Shown here one piece after another: positions 13,511 through 24,983 of a stretch of 64,000 bases of DNA. The notes under the pieces were generated by a model that did no database searches, was not told the DNA's origin, and worked only from the letters and a program-made list of their open reading frames with translations. Source of the stretch: Octopus sinensis (taxonomy: Eukaryota); the NCBI RefSeq assembly GCF_006345805.1, contig NC_043019.1:1364001-1428000 (forward strand), written 5' to 3'. The first letter of the stretch is position 1, and every line of letters starts with the position of its first letter. The translations under genes were made by a program, and so were the position numbers.

Positions 13511-13754
13511 TGACGTATATTTGCCATTGAAATATGGCTAACCCCTAAGGGTGGATGCTACTGTAGTTTGTAGTCCCAGGAGACCACCGCCTCCAGCTGG
13601 CTATAGACACACTTTCTGTGCCCTATCAGTATTTGCAAAGGGAAGTCATCCTTCCCGCCTTCAACTTAGGATTCACACGGACTCGAGTTTCTGGGTATTG
13701 ACCCGTCATCGGCGTGTGACAATCACAGTTGCCGATGAGCTGAGATTTATTATT
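13511..13754 (+). mobile_element. 244-bp retroposed insertion with 13-bp target-site duplication
   Basis: aacagaataattg at 13498-13510 and 13755-13767 flanks a GC-richer segment ending in a tttattatt tail. Confidence 0.7.
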
Positions 13755-14557
13755 AACAGAATAATTGCTAAGAAGTAAACAATAATAATTTGTATTTCTT
13801 CGATTCGAAGCGACGTTTTATGCGCGGGGGATATCAAATGTGCAAATAGACAGAATTATCTTAACAATGAGACAAAGCGTTATCTTGATTAAATATATCA
13901 CTTAAAACCAAAGAAGCATTTGTTCCTTTCCTATCTTGAAATGCAACAGGAAATTATTTCCATTCAAATAGTATATATTTTTTTCCACTATACTCCACAA
14001 CTTCTTTTCTACTGGGCCAGATTTAATGCGCTTTCTTGTATTGGGAAAATTTAAGTTTTCTAACTTCCTTTCGAAATTAACAGACGTATAATGACTAAAA
14101 GACGATAAAAAGCATCAATCTCTTCATATCGAGTAAATTTTCTGCCAATTTTTCTTTACTCATCGATTTTTAAAAGGTTTACAGCATTCACCGCCACATA
14201 TTGTGCGTTTTCAGAGAATTGTCTTCGTATAGTTTATTAGGTTCTTCAATTTAAATACAATTAAGACAAACATAATAAAAGAATATGAAAAGTACACAAG
14301 TTGGAATACAACCTCTAAGGGATGCATCCAATAATGTGGACATATATTTTATAATAGCTTTCACTAAACACTAATATTTGGAACTAGAAAGCAAAGGTAC
14401 TTTACAATAAAATTTATCACGTATTCAATTGGGTAGAGATCTTATAACTGGTTGCGGTAAAGTAAATCTTGACCGAATGATTATTATTGACGTAGGGCAG
14501 TGAGTGTATGGGACATATAAGCATACATGCAAACGTGAAAACATACATTCATACATG

Positions 14558-14600
<43 letters not shown>

Positions 14601-15005
14601 TATATTTAGAAGAAATAAGGTACCCAGAAATTCGGATGGATTTATATTTACAGACATTTATTGGATATTACATGTTTTTACACATCATATAACATATATC
14701 ATATATATCATCTCCAAACCTTCTAATATATATAATGTCATGATGTCGAAATTTATAGTATATCTTCTCTACGAGATATTTTATTGAGTGAAGAATTCTT
14801 CAAACAATGTAATGTTCAGCTCTATGGAATGCAGAATTCTATAAAGAGTGCAACAATAAATTTTACTACTCCTCACAAGAATGCATTTACTAAGTCTCGA
14901 ATAATTCTATGTACACATAAACACACACACACGAGAGCAAACACACACATATATATACACACACACACGAGAGCAAACACACACATATATATACACACAC
15001 ACACG

Positions 15006-15041
<36 letters not shown>

Positions 15042-15810
15042 AATGCATATGTATATGTGTGTATGTGTATGTATGCATGTATGTATATGTGTGTGTGTAT
15101 ATTATATATATATATATATATATATCATTACTCTTGATGATGTAGAAAATTTATTCAAGCGCAACTTTCAAATGTTATAGAATTCCAGATTCCATAAAAT
15201 ATTAATTTGGTTTGTTTGAAGACTTCTTCACGCAATAAAACAATATCCTGTGAGCATATAACATGCAACACATTATTGTGCACTTCAGCACTTCTATTCT
15301 GATGCTCTGTTACGGAAACCTCAGAATTACAAATCTAAAATGCCCTTTCCGCTTTGTAATCGTATCGCCTTCATACATTACCACTATAGTAGTTAAATCC
15401 CCACCGAAAATCTGTTGATGGATCACAGTTCCTGTTTTCCATTTTTATTTTTCAGGTAAATCAGTAATAATGCTTTTGAATAATTTAAAAACCATTGATA
15501 TGGATAGTTTACCTTACATTTTGTGTTACGATAACCCGACAATCACGAGAGAGAAAATATTCGATGATTTTATGTATGACTTTGGTTAAGTATTTGCTTC
15601 CCCACAATGTTGTCTTAGTATAAATTCCACAGCGAGACAACCAGCTGTTCGTAAACTTAAAAAAGATTGGCGTGTATATATATATATATATATATAGCTA
15701 GATAGATAGATAGATAGATACACACAAACACTTATGTATCTCTCTCTATATATATATACATATATGTATACATATATATGCATATATGTATATATATGCA
15801 TATATATAGG

Positions 15811-15841
<31 letters not shown>

Positions 15842-15867
15842 TATATATTATATATATATCATAGCTT

Positions 15868-16007
15868 GTGTGATAAGTAGCTTGCTTACCTACCACATGG
15901 TTCCGAGTTCAGTCTCACTGCGTGGCTCCTTCGGCAACTGTTTTCTATACCCGTGGGCGACCAAGCCCTTGTGAGTGGATTAAGCAGACGGAAACTGAAA
16001 AAGCCGT

Positions 16008-16047
<40 letters not shown>

Positions 16048-16055
16048 TATATATA

Positions 16056-16087
<32 letters not shown>

Positions 16088-16345
16088 TATGGTGTGTGTG
16101 TGTTTGTGTGGTGTGTGTTTGTGCTGTGTCTGTGTGTGTGTATGTTTGTGTGGCTGTGTTTGTACCCCACCATCGCTTGACAAACTATGGTGGAGTGATT
16201 ACGCCCCCGTAAACTAGCGGTTCAGCAAAAGGGACTGATAGAATAAGTACTAAGCTAAAAATAAAGAGTCCTGGGGTCGATTTCTTCAGTTAAAGGTGGT
16301 ACCCCAGCATGGCCGCAGTTAGATAACTGAAACAGATAAAGAATA
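15868..16345 (+). mobile_element. tRNA-derived SINE (type A), diverged
   Basis: Same head, internal microsatellite and tail as 2845-3258. Confidence 0.85.
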
Positions 16346-16679
16346 AACGATTAAAAGAATACAAAAATTAAAAGGAAATGGCGATTTACGATTGACATAT
16401 TGTAAATATAATTTATTAACATGGTATTATATTGCAATAAACATAATATGATGTCATATGAAGAGAAATACAAATACTCACCCTATAAATAATGGGCAGA
16501 ACTATTTTTAGATTAGATTAGCATTATTAAAAGAGCACAAGTATATTTATTACCCTTATACTAATTTTTTTTATTATTTCATTTATCTGAAATTTGTAGT
16601 TCCATTTGTGTCTATTATAATTCTACATTATTGACTTTACCGTCTTTATATGTAATTTTGTCTAATTTTGTCAAATATT

Positions 16680-16757
16680 TTCCTGAAGAGATTCATACCC
16701 ATAAATATGATCTTTTTATAAATTTTTATTGGATATGAATCGAAACAAATTGTAGGA
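16680..16757 (+). ncRNA. Type I hammerhead ribozyme motif with canonical core and long stem II
   Basis: ttc-CUGAAGA-gattcata...tatgaatc (perfect 8-bp stem II, extendable)-GAAA-caa-a-uug-UA-gga; stem III ACAA/UUGU; GUA triplet 16752-16754; stem I only 3 bp. Confidence 0.7.
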
Positions 16758-17079
16758 TTTAACACCTGCAGTTCTATACATAATATATTATAACTTATTC
16801 ATCGTAATATAAGAGTATGTTAATAAATTGTATTTAAAATATGTCAATCTCCATGTTCTTTTAAATTATGTACATTAAATATATACCCTTTCGCTTTGTG
16901 AAAAGTTATTCGCTACCATATTGGGTGTATACTGAAAATCCAGTGGAAAATTGGATAGTTTTTCATCCTTGTAAAGGAAACTGATATATATATATATATA
17001 ATATTAATTAAGGGTAGAAATTGATATTAGTCAATTAAAACCAGTGGTCTAGCATATTAAAAAGTATCCGAAGATTAAA

Positions 17080-17290
17080 ATATTTATATATACCAATTGA
17101 AGACTGAACACGAAAAGTGGAAGGTCAACATGCTAGATATAGACGTCAAATCGCCATTCTCCACAAAGAGTATGTTCTCACATATTTGAGAACATACTCT
17201 TTGTGGAGAATGGCGATTTGACGTCTATATCTAGCATGTTCACTGCCCACTTTTCGGGTTCAGTCCTTAATTGGTTATATAAATATATAT
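17080..17290. repeat. Fold-back palindrome
   Basis: Perfect 54-bp arms 17127-17180 and 17187-17240 with a 6-nt loop, plus diverged outer arms; flanked by (TA)n. Confidence 0.95.
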
Positions 17291-17432
17291 TATATAATAT
17301 ATTATATACATATAAGAATTATTTCCGTAATGAGATAAAAAAACCAAGGCTATGTAGATATTAGAACATTCATAGATAGACGTACCTTCTATATATATAT
17401 ATATATCTATATATATATATATCTATATATAT

Positions 17433-17471
<39 letters not shown>

Positions 17472-17482
17472 ATGTATATATA

Positions 17483-17620
17483 TTAAGTACGGTAATTAAT
17501 TCATTGACCCCGAAAAGGTGAAAAGCAAAGGCGACCCCGGTGGAATTTGAGCTGAGAACGTTAAGCAGACGAAATAACGCTAAGTATGTCGCCCGATGTG
17601 CTCAGGTTTCTGACAGCTCC
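17483..17620 (-). mobile_element. tRNA-derived SINE (type B), diverged
   Basis: Reverse complement resembles the head of 1991-2210. Confidence 0.7.
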
Positions 17621-18062
17621 CACTCTTCTGAGAAGTATTGTATTGGTGGAGGAAGAGCATTTTCCTGTACATCCTAATAATAATGATGCTTAAGTTTACT
17701 TGTGGATTTACAGAACGTTGATCAACAGCATCCTTTCTGTGACCTCTTCATTTTATTAATGATAATTCTAAACTTGCTTTACGTAATATATCCGGGAGGG
17801 ATTTCAAGTAGCATTGTGTCATTTAAGTAAAATGCATATGAATATTGTTCCACACAGGACTTTGGCTCTTGAATGGATGTTGAAGTGGAAGAAGCTTTAT
17901 AGCAGAGTGAAATACTACGGAAAAGAAAGTTCAGTAATAACGGACAGTGTTGAAAAAGCTTTTGTGTATGAATACGCTCGCTCAGAATGGAGATGGCTAT
18001 GTCTCTCCCTCTATCTCCTCCTCACACACTCGCTTTGTATATGATATGATATGTTGATATTT

Positions 18063-18096
<34 letters not shown>

Positions 18097-18295
18097 CTAT
18101 ACATCTACATAATATATATATGTATGTTGTACGTATATACGTATGTTGATATGCATAGATACACCCACACACCAACACACACATACATATATATATATAT
18201 GTATATATATGTGTATACACAAAATGTACGCGCATATAATATACCTCTCCCAATATATATATAATATAGATATATATAATATATATATATATATT

Positions 18296-18338
<43 letters not shown>

Positions 18339-18399
18339 TATATAACATAATATATATATAATAATATAATATATATATATATCTATATACTGTATGTGC

Positions 18400-18451
<52 letters not shown>

Positions 18452-18501
18452 ACAAAGATATGCCTGTATATATTCACACATTTAATCCCACTTATATATA
18501 T

Positions 18502-18533
<32 letters not shown>

Positions 18534-18534
18534 C

Positions 18535-18579
<45 letters not shown>

Positions 18580-18679
18580 ATATATATTATATATATATAT
18601 GTATGCATTCATACATGTTCCCATTGATTCATATGTAGGTATATCTATAGATATACAAGTAAATATATTACACACATAT

Positions 18680-18712
<33 letters not shown>

Positions 18713-18799
18713 CCTATATATATATATATATGTATATATATGTGTGTATACATGTGTATATATACATATATATGTATGTATCATTGTTCCAAATATAAA

Positions 18800-19450
18800 G
18801 AGAAACTTTTCTCGCATATCCTACGAATCTTATAGATGAACTTTCCATACAATTTTAAACTTTATGCTGTTGAAAATAACTCTGTTATTAGAAGAATTCC
18901 TCTTGATGTAGCACATTCTTAAATGTGGAACACAATGCTGTACCATTTGATTTTTCTCCAATAGCATCAAACCAAATCTCAGAACTACAAATCCACAATT
19001 GTTTCACCGTATGCAATGCCCCTTGAATAATGGGAAGTGCCTTATCAAAGTCAATGTTGATTGAATTAAATTTTATATTGTAGATATTAGAGATGAACTA
19101 TGTCAGTTTAATAGCCAACACTGTAAATTTAGTTATAATGATTTTAAAACGAAATCTCCAAATTAGTGTATTTCCAATTCTTATTTAAATGTATGGATAA
19201 ATTACATTGTCTGAAACCAGTGGTTCATTTTGCTTCCGGGAAACATCTTTAATTGGAGAGGTCAGAGATTGATTGTCCGACACATTATGTAATATTCCTA
19301 ACCATTCGTATATCACTTTCCAGGCAGATGCACCACCGATTATAATAAATAATAGAACCATGTTCTTCAACTTCAAAATGGAGGAAAATAAATGCATTTC
19401 TAATATAATCACATTCCTCATTATGATATAATATGCATAGCCAAAGAGGT
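18800..19450 (+). pseudogene. Degenerate Penelope-like GIY-YIG endonuclease remnant
   Basis: Frameshifted NC..C-CPLNNGKCLIK and YVSLIANT segments resemble the CNC..CPL.GKCL...VY...YIG pattern of Penelope-type endonucleases. Confidence 0.45.
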
Positions 19451-19485
19451 GAGTAGAGAAATTTTCTGTTATCCCCCTTTTAATG

Positions 19486-19523
<38 letters not shown>

Positions 19524-19548
19524 TTTGATTTAATATATATATATATGC

Positions 19549-19582
<34 letters not shown>

Positions 19583-19839
19583 ATATTATATATCTATAAT
19601 ATATATATTATATATATATAATATATAAAAATATATATATAATATATATATCCATATATATATGAATATTAGATTAAATATATATATTATATAATATATA
19701 TATATTATATATTATATAATATATATATATATTATATTATATTATACATATATCTATTAATCAAAGGAATTGCAACTTTGATTTTCAGGTTTTATTTACA
19801 ATGATATAATATAATGAAATGATAGAATACTAAATGTTC

Positions 19840-20300
19840 ATTCTTATTGAACCAGTACTTTCATGCACTAAATTATGCAATCATCAGATTCATTTAGTAG
19901 TGGAGACAGCTGTGTTTTACAATTACCAACTGTAGTGAGATGGTTAAAATGTGTGCCTTATATACACTTGTAAGGCTCCAGAATGTTAAGTTTTCCAAAC
20001 TCTGTTCTGACCAATCAGTGTATGGCTTCACCAAATTACTTGAGATGATTGGTGTTTGGTTTAGGCGTCACGGTTTGTTGAATATGTCAAGACACCTGTT
20101 TGTTGACCCTGGCCAAAGCAGTGACTGTTTGGCTATTTTTAGAAATGTTGCAAGCAATATTTACCAGGGATTTTATATTTTACTTATCACAATCACCATT
20201 ATCCTCACCTTTATTATTATTATGTAACTATAAACCTCATACCTCTTTATATTTTGAAATTATTATCACCACTTCAGTTCCCCGTTCTTTTGATTCCTTT
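19840..20300 (-). pseudogene. Degenerate Penelope-like GIY-YIG endonuclease remnant
   Basis: Minus-strand GQ.QTGV..Y and Y..WSEQ segments and a C..C.EK-like C-terminus, with many stops. Confidence 0.35.
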
Positions 20301-20525
20301 TAATATATCTATGTATTTTATAAAGTTTATGCTATCATTATTATGGTCTGTGACATAAATACATCTTGACCAAGTTAAGATTTTTTGGGATTATCAAGTA
20401 TATAATTAAGTTATACTCCTAAATTCTAAAGGGTCACTCTACGTTTAAATGATAGCACAATACATAGCCATATCGTATACCATCATATACATTAAGATTT
20501 TAACAACCAATCTTACACGAAGAAA

Positions 20526-20918
20526 GCGGCGTGCTGGCAGAAACGTTAGCACACCGGGCAAAACGCTTAGCGGTGTTTCGTCTGCCGCTACGTTCTGAGT
20601 TCAAATTCCGCCGAGGTCGACTTTGCCTTTCATCCTTTCGGGGTCAATTACATAAGTACCAGTTATTCAGTGGGGTCGATATAATCGACTTAATCCGTTT
20701 GTCTGTTCTTGTTTGTCCCCTCTGTATTTAGCCCCTTGTGGGCAGTAAAGAAATAGGTATTTCGTCTGCCGTTACGTTCTGAGTTCAAATCCCGCCAAGG
20801 TCAACTTTGCCTTTCATTCTTTCGGGGTCGATACTGGGGTCAATGTAATTGACTTAATCCCTTTATCTGTCCTTGTAAGTCCGCTCCATGTTTGGCACCC
20901 TCTGGGCAATAAAGAAAT
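20526..20918 (+). mobile_element. tRNA-derived SINE (type B), full copy followed by a 5'-truncated tandem copy
   Basis: ggtatttcgtctgccg.tacgttctgagttcaaat...ggggtc...aaagaaat occurs twice, from about 20568 and about 20757. Confidence 0.85.
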
Positions 20919-22268
20919 TAATACATTAAGATTTTATGTCTCCCTAACCAAGATTATACTTTGAGAACGACTGCCAAACTATCAGATATTTAATTCGATT
21001 TATCCACCCGTATGAATGCAACTTTGAATACAGCTGCATGGATAATGCTCCCCAAAATGAATATATACTGCAACAACTGAATGCACATAAATGCTACCTC
21101 GAGAGGTGTAAGGATATTTATGCAGCAGAAATTCATCTCGGGCATGAAATATTAAAATTTACCGTGAATACTGTAATGGAGATGTATAATTTTCCATTCG
21201 TTTTTATAATGTTTTGGAGATACATAATTTTCCATTCGTTTTTATAATGTCTTGGATATAAAAAACATTGTGTATACAAACATTGTGCGTATATATGTGT
21301 ATATATTGTTCGTGCTTATATGTTTGTATACATACGTACACACGTATATATGTATATGTATGTTATTGATGGTTATGTAACAAGCATGTTCTAACATGAA
21401 GTAGGAAAACTTAGAAGTGTTTTAGAATTTCGTGTTGTTTGGACGTAATTTTTTCCTATGGCTATGCGAAGAATACTTCTTTCAGTGTCTTATTCTAAAA
21501 TGAATACATGAAGATCGAGATTTTATGCAATTCAGTTGTTCCATATCGCGAGTATACACATAGAAAGAGGCGAACCCCTTTTACTTTCAAAGCTATTAAA
21601 CATTACAGCTAAGCAAAAGCTTGGCAAAGTGTACTTCTATCGTCCTAAACATTCTCCTAAACATAAAGCATTTCAAATATACCTACCCGTTTAATCTCAC
21701 AGAAAAATGTAAAATGCCTTCAAAGATCCAATATATCTGGTATCAGAAACATAAAATATATAGTATGGTTTTTAAGATAGACTGATCCAGTATTAACAGT
21801 ACTGAAACAAAGGAGAAGTAATCTAGAATTACCTTTGAATTCTACCTGGAGAGATTTACTGTCGTAATGTAAGTATATAATACGATAAAATGAGAATCGG
21901 TGTTTTCAGATGGCTTGCCATCACAGAAATATATTTCTTCTAAGGAATTATAAATCACTTGGACGAAAAAGATATTTTGTAAAATAAAAGCGTTAAGATT
22001 CTCATGTTCTATGCAAATCTACGTATTCTTCTTACGTATCTTTATATTCTTCGGTCTGTTTCTTTCCAATGTTTTTCACTACTTGAATCCAGTTTTTATA
22101 TCGAGTTAAAAACGTTCTTAGTTTTATAACTTTATTCAAATTTTGTGTTCCGGTTGTCTTTCTTATCAGTAAGCCCTGATCAATGCCTTTAAAGAAATAT
22201 ATGTATGTAAATATGTGTGTATATGTATATATATATATATATTTGTATGTATATGTATATATATATAT

Positions 22269-22299
<31 letters not shown>

Positions 22300-22319
22300 G
22301 TCTATATATATACATATAA

Positions 22320-22352
<33 letters not shown>

Positions 22353-22583
22353 ATATATATATAATATATACATATATATATGTGTATATATATATATATA
22401 TATTGTATGTATATATATATATATATTTGTATGTATATGTATATATATATATACATATTTACATATATATATATATATAAATACACATATATATATATAA
22501 ACACACACACACATATATATATACATATATACATATATATATACATATATATATACATATTTACATATATATATATATGTATG

Positions 22584-22614
<31 letters not shown>

Positions 22615-22624
22615 GCAATCAAAC

Positions 22625-23410
22625 TTCAACTTACTTTTAACTAATTATTAGTCTGTGTGACTTCTGTTGTCAAAATACTAACTGTACAATTTGCATAAAG
22701 TGTATACCTAAGGACTTTGTAGACTGTGCGATTTCCAAACACTTTCACATTGAGAAGCAATTGTTTGAAATCAGCAATATTAAAGATTACGTCTTCCCAA
22801 AGCGAAATTTACTCTTGCGTTTTATTTTAAGAATATCGAGTTTCTGTAGCGTCATTCTTGCAATATGTAGCTTAGTATTATCGTGGTGCAAAATTCTGTC
22901 ACGCCGTTTCATCAATGCAGATCACATGCTTTTTCAAGTGAACATGCATTTCAGCGATTTGATTGCAGTAAACCTCGGCTGTAATTCTCTGATTTGCTTC
23001 CAGAAATCTGTAATGGACAACACCAATTGCAGACCACAAGACAGTCACCATAATCTTTTGCAGATGCAAATTTGTCGCTGATATAACATTATTCGGGAGA
23101 CCTATCACGATCAAGCCATTGACCTGATCCACTTTTCATCACAAGTGACTATTCGGTCAAGAAAAGCATCATTGGTGTTTCACAGAAATATCATGGAGCA
23201 CACATTTTGATTTTCATTGAGCTCATGCGGCACTCATTTTCAGAGATTTTTCATCGTACCGATCTTCGGCAGATTGCGTGAGACCGTTACAATACCGATA
23301 CTGAGTGCAGGGGTTCTTCAGTTTTTCTCCCAAGGCTGGACCTCCAACAAGACATTTCCCGATTCCTTGCAAGCCAGTTACATTCATTACTCACAAATGT
23401 GTATAGTTAC
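22625..23410 (-). mobile_element. Mariner transposase remnant
   Basis: ORF 22899-23132 LHLQKIMVTVLWSAIGVVHYRFLEANQRITAEVYCNQIAEM matches the mariner KVM..VWW...G..H...L...TI..E.Y motif; internal deletions. Confidence 0.85.
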
Positions 23411-23452
23411 CGTTATAGCTATAGTATATATATAGTATGAATGTATGGATAT

Positions 23453-23511
<59 letters not shown>

Positions 23512-24448
23512 CTATATATACATATTACGGAGATGTACTCGCATAGCAAGTAATTTGATCTGAGATCGTGTGCTGAAACGAAAACAATTGCAGCGTGAAA
23601 GGTGTTTATAAGCCATTTATAGAATGGCTTATAAACACCTTCCACGCTTGCAATTGTATATATATATATATATATGTATGTATACTCACACCCACACACA
23701 CATAATGTATATATATAGCCAAATCTGTCGTAAGCAATCAGCAGGAGATTTAAAATTCTTTATAACAAAGTATTAATGTCTGAAATCAGCATTTTTTTTT
23801 CTTTTCATTATCCTCTCTGTTTTTCAGGTAGTTGGTTGTACGGGCGTCTGAAATGCGACCAATACAATTCTCATTATATTGATATATATTATAATTCCAA
23901 ATACATATACGTATATACATATATATACACACACACATACACACACACACAGACATATGTAAGTATGTATGTATATATGAATACATATATATATATATAT
24001 ATATTTGTAAAAAATGAAGTTCGAAAATGCTGCTGTATTATACAATTTTTAATTTTTATATATACATTATAACATGTTTCAGTTCCTGAAATGAACCTTA
24101 TCAAAAAAAGTTATATATAAAAAGAGACAGCTCATGCCGTCAACACAAGAAATTCATTTATAATACACAACGGAGTCAGACATCTTAGAGTTCATGTATA
24201 GTTGATATATAGTTCATGTATAGTTGATATATAGTTTGAAGTATATGTTCAAAGTGTTCGATGCAGTGGCCCACGGTGGCGATACGTATTCAATACAAAA
24301 AACAGATCAAAGTGGTGGAAAGCGGTCAATACAGAAGATTGATGTTGTTTTCGAAAGAGCGAGGAATTCATTTTTACCTTAAGCAATTGTGATGACCCAT
24401 GGTGGAAGTTCGCTGGGTGGTTCTAGTGAGTTTTTGTGAAATGCTCGG

Positions 24449-24814
24449 TTTTATAATGCCTGTTAAGTGGTCAATCTAGCGTAGCGTGACGTCATCAATG
24501 TTTTGACCATCGTTTCGTTAGTGGCTTTAACCAAGTGGAACGGGACGTCATCATTATTTTGACCAATCGCTGCATTATAACTCCCTCTGTTTGTTTCCTG
24601 TCTTGACCAGTCGCTTCGTTAGTCAGCATAGGGACGTCATCCAGATTCTGCCCAATCACGACTTATAGCTACATTAGATCTGCCCCCTGTCTGTACTTGT
24701 TAGGTGACTATTCAAGCAGAAAAGGACGTCATCAATATTCTGACTAATGACTGTCCCCTGTTTGTATCCTGTCCATTCTAGCAGAGCTAGACGTCATCAA
24801 CTTGTTGACCAATC
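24449..24814 (-). promoter_or_regulatory. CRE/CCAAT composite array plus TATA (downstream pLTR copy)
   Basis: Five GACGTCATC-N7-TGACCAATC-like units at 24487-24814; TATAAAA on the minus strand at 24449-24455. Confidence 0.55.
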
Positions 24815-24983
24815 AGAATCGGGTCTGACCCATAGCTGTATCGTATGTATCAGGGTCAGATTTGCACGAAAGAATTTTTTTCCTTTTTTACTAAGGCATA
24901 TTTCCGTCAGAGTGAGTGTCTGTCTTACAAGTAGCGGCCGTGGTGAAATTTGGTTCTCCTTTTCGGAGGACTTATCTTTTGTT

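Noticed and set aside
13350-14250. Long interrupted minus-strand frame (..EEIDAFYRLL..YPPRIKRRF..), first read as piggyBac-like
   Set aside because: Only isolated residues match and there are many stops; family unassignable without a profile search.
12140-20227. Apparent ionotropic glutamate receptor/IR-like pieces (12140-12422, candidate exon 15456-15584, 17814-18044, 19185-19421, 19940-20227)
   Set aside because: The motif order and strand are inconsistent with one gene. For at least three pieces the opposite strand reads better as decayed Penelope-like sequence. The 15456-15584 piece has good AG/GT sites and a 43-codon open frame, so RNA-seq should still be checked, but I cannot support a gene call.
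22036-22186. Candidate minus-strand exon (IDQGLLIRKTTGTQNLNKVIKLRTFLTRYKNWIQ..., GTAAGA donor)
   Set aside because: No phase-compatible neighbouring exon found and no recognisable domain; could equally be a decayed TE N-terminus.
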